A DNA stretch of 64,000 nt from a virus, in IMG/VR virus record IMGVR_UViG_3300029448_004877, positions 7,862 through 71,861 of that record, one strand, 5' to 3'. The position numbers were made by a program, and so were the translations under genes. Under the pieces are notes generated by a model. It was not told the origin of the DNA, ran no database searches, and saw only the letters and a list, made by a program, of their open reading frames with translations. Positions 26,844-35,680 of this stretch are shown here, piece by piece (position 1 is the first letter of the stretch; each line of letters opens with the position of its first letter).

Positions 26844-29344
26844 GAGAAAAATCCCTCCAATGAGTTTATATGTTCAAGTTCCCAGTCGATTGCATCAGAC
26901 ACCATCTTCAAAGGTTCTTTGAACGTTTTGTTAAATTGAGTTTCATAGTCAACATCACTGTCTAGACCAAACTCTTTAGGCAGAAACTGAGGAAAAGATA
27001 TTACGTTTTCCATCAGAGGATTAGGCATCTTCATATAACAGAATTTTACTTTACTACCATTCTTAACTTCTTCTACGGACAGACCATGTTTCTTGATCTG
27101 CTGATTAAAGAGAAGTGCGCCTCTAACGTGAATAGGAGTACCTTTCTTATAGATAGTATTTCTATCTTGCCACTTCTCAATGTCACTCACACCACGAGGA
27201 AATGATACGTCTTCTGGTGGTAAAGATTTGAACTCTTCATAGAAATTCTTAACGAATGCTTGCAGTTCTTTCTCATCAGAGTTCAGCATAATTCTATATG
27301 CTTTAACGAACTTGTCACGAACTACTTGTGGTGTAGAAGACTTTACTGCTTCAATGCCCATGATCTTGAGTTTGGGTTCAGCGTATTGCACTCCTTCGTT
27401 GTTATGTACGTTAAGTATATATCGTTTCTTTGCCATCCATATGCCTTTGTCAGCAATAGCTTCACGTGCCATTACCATTCTATTGTCATATGCATTCATA
27501 TTTATGAACAAATTGTTATACGCTTTCTCTAAGATAGGTACTAGTTTTTGCTCACAGGCTTGATCGATGAACTTAACTGGATCTTTTGGCTTTACTGCCT
27601 CTACGAGAGGTCCCATATTCACGTACAAAGAATCAGTGTCCATTGCGATAACATAGTCTTCATCTTCACTCTTCAATATGTTGTTCATCGCATTGTTCAT
27701 GGCTTGCTCTGCCCACTTGATCGATAACTGACCAGACAATGTAATACCTTCTGCAATGAGCATTTCAAAGTATCTGAAATACTGATTACCAAGAGCGCCA
27801 TAAAGAGAGTTCAACAAAATCTTAATAGCTTGCTGAGTATTCTCAAGTCTATTTATTTCTCGCTTTAAATCTGGCGAATTCGCATTCTCGTTTTCTTGCT
27901 TGAGCCTCAACATCTCTTTTTTGATATCGGCTCGCTCATCATATAGACCAATGATGATTGTCGGGAATACACCCCGCTCATCTTTACGATACATCGAACC
28001 ATTTGCGGCAACAGACAAATTGCGTTCACGTGGTTCTTCAGACACTGGATTCTTTAGATAATGCTCAACACCACTTGCAGTAAAATCATCACCTTTTATC
28101 AATGTTTCTGGAGACATGTTATACTGTACAATTAAGTTAGGATACAGAGAGTTCAAGTCAAACGATGTTACCCATTCAGTCATACCAACTTTAGGCTCTT
28201 TTACATAGCCACCAGGATAAGGATCTTTGTGCTTACGAGTTGCGGGCGGCACTGCAATTTTGCGATCACTCAAATACCGATATATGATTGAATCCCATAT
28301 ACCTGTAGTGCCGAAAGCATCATTGTAGTTTACGCCGCCCTTGTACGCCACAATCAAAGCCAAATCCATCAAACCAGTTTGTTTATCAATTTTATCTACA
28401 ACCTGAACATCACGTATGTTATAGTCGATAAACTTCTGGTGATTATGCTTATAGAGTCCGTGGAGAGAACCATATTCAGAGTAAGAAAGTTTCTTCTCAC
28501 CAAGAACCACAGACGCTATATGATCTAGTGCATAAGAGGCTTGATTGCCGTACGTGTAACCAAATTTTTGAAACAGATCAAAGTAATCGACTTGCTGAAC
28601 ACCATAAATCTCATAAGCGTCCATCTCTTTACCTTTAATACCAATCTTTCTATACTTCGTAATACCAAAAGGAGAAAACTGCTTTGCAACCTTCTCACCA
28701 AGTATACGTATAGTTCGATTGATCATGTAAGGAATATCAAAGAGTCGAATGTTCCAACCAGTGATGATATCAGGACAGTTAGCATGCCAGAAAGTAAGAA
28801 ACTTCAGCATCAGGTCTTCTTCATCTTTACAATGTCTGTACTGAATCAAATTACCAGGTATGTCAAGTTCACAATCTTCTAGTCGCCATTCGCCAAGACC
28901 CCAAACGTGATACACGCCAGAGGCACTACTTTTATATGCGATTGATATAATTGGATGAGCCGCTTCATCTGGCTCTGGAAACCCTGCATCAGATGCAACT
29001 TCGATATCGATGTTACCAACTTCGATACGTTTGAGGTCATAATTAATTACACCGGAAAATCTCTCTTGTATGAACTGTGCAACAAAATTATTGTTGCCAT
29101 AGATTTTAAAATTATCTACATGCTCATACTTCTTAATAAACTCTGTAGCTTCAGACATCGAATCGAGTTGGATTGGGTCAACAGAAACACCGTCAAACGA
29201 CTTCCAACCACTTTCATTTTTCTGAGATTTAAGATACATCGTTGGCTTAAACGGCATCTTCGTTTGAATGCGTTTACCCTCATCCGTGTAACCACGAAAA
29301 AGAATATTACTGCCATAGCGATTTACGCAAGTGTAAAAACTCAT
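26840..29344 (-). CDS. gp43: Family B DNA polymerase (T4 gp43)
   Basis: DIEV exonuclease motif, SFDLNSLYP, KILLNSLYGALGN, DTDS, KKRY; C-terminal SLEGFF clamp motif. Confidence 0.97.
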   Translation of the reverse strand: MSFYTCVNRYGSNILFRGYTDEGKRIQTKMPFKPTMYLKSQKNESGWKSFDGVSVDPIQLDSMSEATEFIKKYEHVDNFKIYGNNNFVAQFIQERFSGVINYDLKRIEVGNIDIEVASDAGFPEPDEAAHPIISIAYKSSASGVYHVWGLGEWRLEDCELDIPGNLIQYRHCKDEEDLMLKFLTFWHANCPDIITGWNIRLFDIPYMINRTIRILGEKVAKQFSPFGITKYRKIGIKGKEMDAYEIYGVQQVDYFDLFQKFGYTYGNQASYALDHIASVVLGEKKLSYSEYGSLHGLYKHNHQKFIDYNIRDVQVVDKIDKQTGLMDLALIVAYKGGVNYNDAFGTTGIWDSIIYRYLSDRKIAVPPATRKHKDPYPGGYVKEPKVGMTEWVTSFDLNSLYPNLIVQYNMSPETLIKGDDFTASGVEHYLKNPVSEEPRERNLSVAANGSMYRKDERGVFPTIIIGLYDERADIKKEMLRLKQENENANSPDLKREINRLENTQQAIKILLNSLYGALGNQYFRYFEMLIAEGITLSGQLSIKWAEQAMNNAMNNILKSEDEDYVIAMDTDSLYVNMGPLVEAVKPKDPVKFIDQACEQKLVPILEKAYNNLFINMNAYDNRMVMAREAIADKGIWMAKKRYILNVHNNEGVQYAEPKLKIMGIEAVKSSTPQVVRDKFVKAYRIMLNSDEKELQAFVKNFYEEFKSLPPEDVSFPRGVSDIEKWQDRNTIYKKGTPIHVRGALLFNQQIKKHGLSVEEVKNGSKVKFCYMKMPNPLMENVISFPQFLPKEFGLDSDVDYETQFNKTFKEPLKMVSDAIDWELEHINSLEGFFS

Positions 29345-29373
29345 AAGACCTCAATCTGTTTCATATAATATAC

Positions 29374-29402
29374 AATGTATCACTAATGATACACTTTGTC
29401 AA
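29374..29402 (-). promoter_or_regulatory. Early promoter for gp43 with internal palindrome
   Basis: TTGACA-17nt-TACATT; TGTATCA-CTAA-TGATACA at 29376-29393. Confidence 0.65.
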
Positions 29403-29407
29403 GTATT

Positions 29408-30517
29408 TTAGTCGCTTCTTTCACCGAAACCATAGTCGATGACTACTGGGAATCTTGGCACACCATCAGGCGTAAGGCCAAAGTATCTAAGAGTAGCCCA
29501 GTCAGGAGTGGCACCTTTTTCCCAAAGGTCTTTTAACACTTCTTGTTTACCTCTAACTCCAGCACCACAAGTCTCGCCGCTTGGCAAAAGAAGAGCAAAG
29601 TGTTTCACGTGACCCGCCCAATTGCCTTGACCTTCAAGCATTGTCACCACTTTGAATTCTTCAGTAATAAACTCTTTTCTTTTCAGAAGATCATTACTTC
29701 TCTTGTTTTGCTGATAAAGTGCATTGTTTCTTACCATCTGACCTTCATATCCATCTTCTGTATATGAGGCATAGAGTTCATCTAACTGCTCTTGATCACT
29801 AGCAAAGTCAGTCTTAACGATCTTAACAACATCACTCTTTGCTTTGTACGCAAGTTTAATTCTGTCGATGAAAAGCATATTCTCAACGTTACAGTCGTAA
29901 ACGTGATACTGCACCAGAGATGCTGACTCTGCAATGTCCTCTGGAGTTGACTTAAGTTTTCTCACAAGACTAGTAATCTTATTGAAGTCTTCTTTCAACT
30001 CATGGTTATATAGTTCACCGTCTAAAGTGACACCAGGATTAGCATCGAGAAAAGGCTTAACTGATTCCCAGATATGTGGGCAACTAGTAATTTCTTTGCC
30101 TGCTCTAGTCCAGAGTCCTGATTGATTTGCGATACATCTAATGCCGTCTAGTTTTGGTTGAGACCAACCCTGCGCTTGTGGACGCTTAGTGTAGTCGCCC
30201 GCAAGCATAGGCTTAAACTTCTCGTATGTATCAATTAGGTTGATGTCTGCAAAGTACTCTTTCTCAACTTTTTTATCCCAACTTGCTTGGGCTTCTGCGA
30301 ATGCTTGAGTAACGCAAGTAGTTGCGTTGACTTTGCCGACGTTCTTTGGTTCGGTAATATTCCAGCCAGAGGTAACTAGCTTACCATCTTGAATGCCTGC
30401 TATCGACCTAGTGCCAGCAGTATCCTCATTATCAAATCCATATTCAATGGTTAGTACTCTAACCTTGCCCTTTGTGTCTCTCTTATACAACGTGGGCAGT
30501 GCAATCACATTTTCCAT
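29408..30517 (-). CDS. gp30: ATP-dependent DNA ligase
   Basis: KPMLA, QPKLDGIRC, LDGELY, YEGQMVR, LLKRKEF, GVPRFP. Confidence 0.93.
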   Translation of the reverse strand: MENVIALPTLYKRDTKGKVRVLTIEYGFDNEDTAGTRSIAGIQDGKLVTSGWNITEPKNVGKVNATTCVTQAFAEAQASWDKKVEKEYFADINLIDTYEKFKPMLAGDYTKRPQAQGWSQPKLDGIRCIANQSGLWTRAGKEITSCPHIWESVKPFLDANPGVTLDGELYNHELKEDFNKITSLVRKLKSTPEDIAESASLVQYHVYDCNVENMLFIDRIKLAYKAKSDVVKIVKTDFASDQEQLDELYASYTEDGYEGQMVRNNALYQQNKRSNDLLKRKEFITEEFKVVTMLEGQGNWAGHVKHFALLLPSGETCGAGVRGKQEVLKDLWEKGATPDWATLRYFGLTPDGVPRFPVVIDYGFGERSD

Positions 30518-30548
30518 ATTCTACTCTCATTATTTAATTTAGATGTAC

Positions 30549-30577
30549 AGTATAACACTGACTTAAGCCAATGTCAA
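30549..30577 (-). promoter_or_regulatory. Sigma70-type early promoter
   Basis: TTGACA-17nt-TATACT. Confidence 0.75.
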
Positions 30578-30591
30578 GTACAAATTTGAAG

Positions 30592-30620
30592 AAAAAAGAA
30601 TAGCAACATCACTGCTATTC
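30592..30620 (-). terminator. Intrinsic terminator
   Basis: GAATAGCA-7nt-TGCTATTC followed by TTTTTT. Confidence 0.75.
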
Positions 30621-30644
30621 CTAGATGTGTTCCTGTTATTTTCA

Positions 30645-30755
30645 CTATTGCCAGATATTCATGGTAAGTAAAGGTACTCCTACAATTATGAAAGCAATGA
30701 TAAGGAATGCGGGAAGCAGTCCTTTTGTGGTACAGTAATTTTGGGGTTCTCTCAT
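30645..30755 (-). CDS. Small membrane peptide (36 aa, not in ORF track)
   Basis: MREPQNYCTTKGLLPAFLIIAFIIVGVPLLTMNIWQ; single hydrophobic helix. Confidence 0.55.
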   Translation of the reverse strand: MREPQNYCTTKGLLPAFLIIAFIIVGVPLLTMNIWQ

Positions 30756-30770
30756 TCTAAGCCTTTCTTT

Positions 30771-30794
30771 AAAAAGGGACACTTTCGTGTCCCT
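30771..30794 (-). terminator. Intrinsic terminator
   Basis: GGGACAC-GAAA-GTGTCCC-TTTTT. Confidence 0.8.
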
Positions 30795-30801
30795 CATAAG
30801 T

Positions 30802-31035
30802 TTACTTCTTTTCGGAAACGAAAGAGTATAGTTCTTTGGCTTTGTTCATCAACTCATCCATAGAATACATTTTATATGCATCTGCGAGATTTGACTCAAC
30901 GTCTTTACGAGCCTTTTCGCCTTCTGCGATCATGTTCTCATAAAACTGAATGTTCATATGATACTGTTGATCCATGTAATCTTTTGCTAGTTTAAGCATT
31001 TCTGCTCGGATTTCGAAAGGGTTTTTATTAGACAT
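30802..31035 (-). CDS. Conserved hypothetical protein
   Basis: KNPFEIRAEMLKLAKDY..AKELYSFVS; AGGAG RBS. Confidence 0.75.
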   Translation of the reverse strand: MSNKNPFEIRAEMLKLAKDYMDQQYHMNIQFYENMIAEGEKARKDVESNLADAYKMYSMDELMNKAKELYSFVSEKK

Positions 31036-31068
31036 ACTTTTCTCCTGTGTTGTGTGTTGTCTTCATTC

Positions 31069-31191
31069 TTAGGATATGCTACTCAGACATGTAGCAATTA
31101 CAAAGACACATAGTGCGCCTAATGCAAGTTGTGCAACTGCATCGCAAAATGTGCCATCGCAACTCTTCAGAAAAGAGATTGCTCTATTCAT
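31069..31191 (-). CDS. Small Cys-containing membrane peptide (40 aa, not in ORF track)
   Basis: MNRAISFLKSCDGTFCDAVAQLALGALCVFVIATCLSSIS; AGGAG RBS. Confidence 0.55.
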   Translation of the reverse strand: MNRAISFLKSCDGTFCDAVAQLALGALCVFVIATCLSSIS

Positions 31192-31224
31192 CAGCTTTTT
31201 GACTCCTATATTTAGCTGTGAGAT

Positions 31225-31250
31225 TAAAGGACGGAGCTTTCACTCCGTCC
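31225..31250 (-). terminator. Hairpin terminator after hsp20
   Basis: GGACGGAG-TGAAAG-CTCCGTCC-TTT. Confidence 0.65.
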
Positions 31251-31259
31251 CACCCTATA

Positions 31260-31715
31260 TTACTCAGTGAGTAATTCTTTGGTATCCTCAAGAGTTTTGC
31301 CGATAGAAATCTTCTTCGGTTTTTGTTCTTCAGGAATAACATTTTCTAACAGAATACGCAACATTCCGTTCTCTAGGGAAGCATCTCTGACCACTACAGT
31401 CTCGGCTAAAGTGAACTTTCTACTGAAAGCACGGGCGGCAATGCCTCTATGAAGATACTCTTTTTCATCAGAAGCATCTGGAGCTTTACCTTCGATGGTA
31501 AGCTGTCCGTCTTTTACTTCGATGTCGAGTGATTCTTCTGTGAAGCCTGCTACGGCTAATTCCACAATATAAGTTGTATCACTTTCTTTAGTGATGTTAT
31601 ATGGTGGGTATGAGTTCGCTTTTACAGTGTTTTCTTGCATTGCTGTAATGCGATCAAAGATCCTATCAAAACCTACAGTCGTAAAAGGATCGTATTTTGT
31701 TTGCAAATAAGTCAT
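31260..31715 (-). CDS. hsp20: Small heat shock protein Hsp20 (IbpA-like)
   Basis: GFDRIFD, SYPPYNI, ELAVAGF, YLHRGIAARAF, ASLENGML. Confidence 0.95.
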   Translation of the reverse strand: MTYLQTKYDPFTTVGFDRIFDRITAMQENTVKANSYPPYNITKESDTTYIVELAVAGFTEESLDIEVKDGQLTIEGKAPDASDEKEYLHRGIAARAFSRKFTLAETVVVRDASLENGMLRILLENVIPEEQKPKKISIGKTLEDTKELLTE

Positions 31716-31775
31716 TATTGACCTCCTATATTTAGCAAGGGTTAATATACGTAAGTCCCGTTAGGCAACTTACAT
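31716..31775 (-). promoter_or_regulatory. ROSE-like RNA thermometer in hsp20 5' UTR
   Basis: CCTTGCT-AAATAT-AGGAGG pairs the SD with a bulged G; upstream hairpin GTAAGTT..GACTTAC. Confidence 0.65.
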
Positions 31776-31778
31776 CTT

Positions 31779-31786
31779 TATTTATA
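31779..31786 (-). promoter_or_regulatory. T4 late promoter
   Basis: TATAAATA; an additional TTGACA-16-TATAGT lies at 31839-31866. Confidence 0.7.
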
Positions 31787-31870
31787 CATGCAATACGGTA
31801 ATGTTTTGAAAAAAATACATGATTTTTTGTAATATATTACTATACTGCCAAACTCTATATTGTCAAGTCT

Positions 31871-32314
31871 TTAATATCCATACCCATTTGGGTCTTCCCA
31901 TTTTTGGTTATGTTTTCTGTGTGCAGTTTTTTCTTCCCAGTTTTCTACTGCTTTCTTGATTCCTTCTTCTGCAAGGACAGAACAGTGTAGTTTGATAGGC
32001 GGTAATTCAAGAGCTTCTGCAATTTCTTTATCTTTAATTTGTTTTGCTTGTTCAATCGTTTTACCTTTAAGCATTTCAACAAACATTGTCGATGACGCAA
32101 TTGCACTTCCACATCCATAGGTTTTGAATTTGACATCTTCTATCAAATCTCCATTCATCTTAAGGTCGAGTTTCATGACATCACCACATGCTGGAGCTCC
32201 AACTAGTCCAGTTGCAACATTAGGGTCTTTAGGGTCAAACCTACCGACTGCATGTTTTTCTGGATTGTTTAGAACAGATTCGAATCTATCTACTACTTTT
32301 TTACTATATGCCAT
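31871..32314 (-). CDS. iscU: Fe-S cluster scaffold IscU (second paralogue)
   Basis: GAPACGDVM, FKTYGCGSAIAS, LPPIKLHCS. Confidence 0.92.
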   Translation of the reverse strand: MAYSKKVVDRFESVLNNPEKHAVGRFDPKDPNVATGLVGAPACGDVMKLDLKMNGDLIEDVKFKTYGCGSAIASSTMFVEMLKGKTIEQAKQIKDKEIAEALELPPIKLHCSVLAEEGIKKAVENWEEKTAHRKHNQKWEDPNGYGY

Positions 32315-32338
32315 ATTTTTTAAAAATTGAGTTTATAA

Positions 32339-33001
32339 CTATACGCCAGTTGAACCAAATCCACCTGTTCGGCTAGTTTTAGTTTCTGGCTCGTCAAAGA
32401 CTTCTTCAAATACAAATTTTGAATAAGACTCCAACACTTCAGCTTGAGCAATTCTGTCTCCATCTTCTACGATGAAAACTTTATCACTCATATTATACAG
32501 CATCACATAAGTCTGCTGTACATAATCAGAGTCAACAACTCCTTCAGAGTTTGCTAACGTGATACCGTCCTTAAAGGCTAGTCCTGATCTGGGATGAATA
32601 CGCATAGATTGATTTTCATCTAGATCAAAAACCAGTCCAGTAGGAATTAAAGCCCGCTCTCCCGAATAGATGAAAATTGAGCCATTCGCATATTTTCTTT
32701 TTGACTTGATGTTAGTAGCGTTAAAGACTGTAACCTCATCTGAATCCCTTAAAGATGCTTTTAAATCGAAACAGGCAGCCCACTCTGTTCCAAGTTCTGG
32801 CATATGTGCTTCTGGAAAAAGTTTATATATTTTGACATCAACGTTATCAGTCAAGCTTACCGCTTGCACCATCTGATCGTCAATGCTATACGTAAGGGTA
32901 TATGGAAGTGATCCGTTCGTATCTAATGTATACGTAGCGTTACCATAATCTACAGTATAATTGAGTTCTGGAAACAGGTCAAGTTGTTGCGGAGTGTTCA
33001 T
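32339..33001 (-). CDS. dut: Trimeric dUTPase with N-terminal extension
   Basis: ACFDL, IPTGL, PRSGL, GVVDSDY, GDRIAQ, RTGGFGSTG; start MNTPQQ with GAGG RBS. Confidence 0.92.
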   Translation of the reverse strand: MNTPQQLDLFPELNYTVDYGNATYTLDTNGSLPYTLTYSIDDQMVQAVSLTDNVDVKIYKLFPEAHMPELGTEWAACFDLKASLRDSDEVTVFNATNIKSKRKYANGSIFIYSGERALIPTGLVFDLDENQSMRIHPRSGLAFKDGITLANSEGVVDSDYVQQTYVMLYNMSDKVFIVEDGDRIAQAEVLESYSKFVFEEVFDEPETKTSRTGGFGSTGV

Positions 33002-33002
33002 A

Positions 33003-33209
33003 TTAATATTCCTCAATTTTATAAAGTGGTTCAACATGGATGGAGTCGTGATAGTCTCCATTTCTTAGGTTTCTGCGTACAGCCGTACGTTTGACAAAGT
33101 ACCCATTATCTACATAATAAGTAATAAGTTCTTGACTAACTACAGAATCATTATCAAGAAAGTTAAAATAATCGTGGGTGAATGGACCAGTCTTGTCTTT
33201 TACTTCCAT
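33003..33209 (-). CDS. Hypothetical protein
   Basis: 68 aa ORF filling the regA-dut gap. Confidence 0.65.
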   Translation of the reverse strand: MEVKDKTGPFTHDYFNFLDNDSVVSQELITYYVDNGYFVKRTAVRRNLRNGDYHDSIHVEPLYKIEEY

Positions 33210-33222
33210 AATATAATCTTCC

Positions 33223-33618
33223 TTAGCGTTTTTTGCCTATGCTATACTTAGCAATTAATTCCCACTCACCCTTTTCTTTGTGAGGTAGAATTTTGATTTG
33301 TGATAAAGGAGACTTGGGCTCTTTGATCTTTTCAGTATCAACTGTCTTAACAAGATCCCATTCTTCTAACAGAGAGATGATAGTATTTCTACGTCCCTTA
33401 TCTTCATCAGAAAAGTCATTAATCTTGCCATCTAACATAAACAATTCTTTAAAGTGTACAATATAGTACTTGCCTTGCTTATGCAAAATGTGACATGACT
33501 GATACAACTTCTGCTCTTTTTTTGAGGCAATACCTATGCGAGTTAAAGTTTCTTTCACTTTAAGAAAACTCTCTTCGTTAGGTAGAGTCACCTCTACTAA
33601 CCTATCTAATAAATTCAT
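33223..33618 (-). CDS. regA: Translational repressor RegA
   Basis: FLKVKETLTRIGIAS, LYQSCHILHKQGKYYIVHFKELF. Confidence 0.97.
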   Translation of the reverse strand: MNLLDRLVEVTLPNEESFLKVKETLTRIGIASKKEQKLYQSCHILHKQGKYYIVHFKELFMLDGKINDFSDEDKGRRNTIISLLEEWDLVKTVDTEKIKEPKSPLSQIKILPHKEKGEWELIAKYSIGKKR

Positions 33619-34010
33619 TTTTTCAAACCACCTGTTTCTTGTTGTTTTTTCATGATTTCCAGCTTTTCACTAGACAACAAGGACAGATATTCTTGACCAA
33701 CTGTTCTATTACACTGATAGTATGCACACACAACATCAAGTTCCTCATTTCCAGCATTCTTAACCCACTTTGCCCATCGCTTTTTAGGTCTAATGCTATT
33801 TATAAGACACTCGTATTGGGGTCGTTTATCCAATTCGTGGTGTATATTCATTAGGTTCGCATGTAAAATTGTATCTGCATGATAAGAAAGTGCATTGTTT
33901 ACCAGCCAAGGCTCATAACCCTTTTCTGCCAATACATCATTCTCACTATCACGCATCATGTTCTTTTTAGTTTGCGTAATAGATGTTACGTAGTCAAATG
34001 GATTCGCCAT
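33615..34010 (-). CDS. gp62: Clamp loader small subunit (gp62)
   Basis: PFDYVTSI, Y.PWLVNNALS, AN.MN, IRPKKRWAKW; position before regA. Confidence 0.9.
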   Translation of the reverse strand: MANPFDYVTSITQTKKNMMRDSENDVLAEKGYEPWLVNNALSYHADTILHANLMNIHHELDKRPQYECLINSIRPKKRWAKWVKNAGNEELDVVCAYYQCNRTVGQEYLSLLSSEKLEIMKKQQETGGLKK

Positions 34011-34194
34011 AATCAATATCCTCATCCATATTAGATTTATCCATTTCGTCTGAACACTTCTTACAGACGTAAGCGGTGCCTTGACCACCTTTATAAGTAT
34101 AGCGTACTTCGCTATAGTCTTTACCAATATTTTTGTTACACACTAAACAAGGATGACTGGATTTTTGTGTTTTGAATCTACCAAAAATGTTCAT
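33994..34194 (-). CDS. Small zinc-finger protein
   Basis: CLVC...CKKC. Confidence 0.6.
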   Translation of the reverse strand: MNIFGRFKTQKSSHPCLVCNKNIGKDYSEVRYTYKGGQGTAYVCKKCSDEMDKSNMDEDIDYGESI

Positions 34195-34655
34195 TTTTTA
34201 CCCACCACATTAAGCAAGGGTTTCAATATACGGATCAAAGATTTCTCAATATCTTTAGACGGAATATCAGCCTGTTTCTTTATGTGGTATACGCATACCG
34301 TCATATTAGAAAAGTCTTGTCCCCACATCTCACGATACTTTCTTGCCGCTGGATGATTTTCGTTGCGTAGAGACTTACGCTGTATCTCTTTAATCCATCT
34401 ACCGATTCGTGTACCCATGCTCTTATCAGACTTGCCAGTATAAAGGCAATGATGATCTTTCCAAACAGCATACATTCCGGTTCTTTCGTGAATGGTGTCG
34501 GACTTTTTTTCTAAGATACCTTTATCTGCAAGCAATCTAAAACCCATCTTAGTATTGGAATCTACCTCAAGTCTATACTTAGTATCACATTTTTCAATAA
34601 GAGAATGTGCAATATCGTCTGACGTAACTATGTATTCTCCTGCTAGATTAATCAT
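34191..34655 (-). CDS. GIY-YIG nuclease-like protein
   Basis: TGMYAV...CLYTGKS...RI..., IEKSLI..LKPLLN; ATGA overlap with gp44. Confidence 0.7.
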   Translation of the reverse strand: MINLAGEYIVTSDDIAHSLIEKCDTKYRLEVDSNTKMGFRLLADKGILEKKSDTIHERTGMYAVWKDHHCLYTGKSDKSMGTRIGRWIKEIQRKSLRNENHPAARKYREMWGQDFSNMTVCVYHIKKQADIPSKDIEKSLIRILKPLLNVVGKK

Positions 34656-35599
34656 TTCCATTCCACTTCAGCCATAAGAGTTGCAAGTGCGGCAACACGG
34701 TTGATTTCAGAGTTAGCAACGAATGCCTCTTTGTATTGATACTCAGCCAATATAATAATCGAATCTGCTATACTTTGAGTGGATGCAACTTTAGAAGGAA
34801 GAATATCATACAACTGGCGATAAAGAACCGCAGAATCAATATCTTGGTTTTCAGCAACCCACTTACGAGTACCAGTAAAGTTTTTCTCTTTCATCAAAGT
34901 AATCAAGGCACTGATATTGTCAGTAGACTTGTTTGCTAAGATGCCAGCGTCAATCCTACCAGTAGAAGAATAACGCTGTAGTTCATTAAGGACTCTGCGC
35001 CAATCAGGAAAATAAAGTTGAACAACCTCAGCAACAGATTTTTTATCATATTGAATACCCTCATCATCTAGAATGCCACACACTCGTTTGAAAAAGTCTG
35101 CCGCAATCTGTGGTTTATCTTTGTTACTTATATTGAACTCGATCACGCTACACCGAGAGTGTAAAGGCTCAATAATTCTATTCTTGAAGTTACACGTTAG
35201 AATGAAGCCACAGTTCTTAGAGAACTCTTCCATAAAATTACGAAGTGCAGGCTGTGTTGAGTTTGCGTTCAAATAATCAGCTTCATCTAGTATAACATAT
35301 TTACGTCCACCAGTGAAGGACACACTTGAAGCAAAGTTTGAAATGTCAATACGCAAAGTATCAATGTTACCATTCATCGAACCATTAATGGTGATAAAGT
35401 CTGCGCCAATCTCATTTAACATAGCCTTAGCCACAGTTGTCTTACCGACACCTGCACGACCAGTTAGCAGTAGATTAGGAACATTGTTTTGATCAACGAA
35501 TTGTTGGAATGTAGTCTTTAACTCTTCTGGAAGAATAGCATCAGCCACGGTTTGTGGTCGATATTTCTCGACCCATAAAAAATCTTCTTGCATCATCAA
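34652..35599 (-). CDS. gp44: Clamp loader large subunit (gp44)
   Basis: LWVEKYRP, GRAGVGKTT, ILDEAD, PLHSRC. Confidence 0.96.
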   Translation of the reverse strand: MMMQEDFLWVEKYRPQTVADAILPEELKTTFQQFVDQNNVPNLLLTGRAGVGKTTVAKAMLNEIGADFITINGSMNGNIDTLRIDISNFASSVSFTGGRKYVILDEADYLNANSTQPALRNFMEEFSKNCGFILTCNFKNRIIEPLHSRCSVIEFNISNKDKPQIAADFFKRVCGILDDEGIQYDKKSVAEVVQLYFPDWRRVLNELQRYSSTGRIDAGILANKSTDNISALITLMKEKNFTGTRKWVAENQDIDSAVLYRQLYDILPSKVASTQSIADSIIILAEYQYKEAFVANSEINRVAALATLMAEVEWK

Positions 35600-35627
35600 T
35601 CTCCATAATATAATAAACCTTCACAGC

Positions 35628-35669
35628 ATTGTAAAGGGATGAAAGGAGGATGTCAATGACACCCTCCTC
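35628..35669 (-). promoter_or_regulatory. Early promoter overlapping a stem-loop
   Basis: TTGACA-17nt-TACAAT; -35 sits inside GGAGGGTGTC-ATT-GACATCCTCC hairpin. Confidence 0.65.
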
Positions 35670-35680
35670 TCGGCGTCCAA

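Noticed and set aside
24062-29344. Introns, inteins or a split gene in gp41/uvsX/gp43 (also checked nrdA, nrdB, td, gp17)
   Set aside because: All are continuous, of normal length, and lack intein or intron signatures
31046-31060. TGTGT short repeat as a CRISPR or tandem array
   Set aside because: About 15 bp with no spacers; it is a CA-rich leader before an SD
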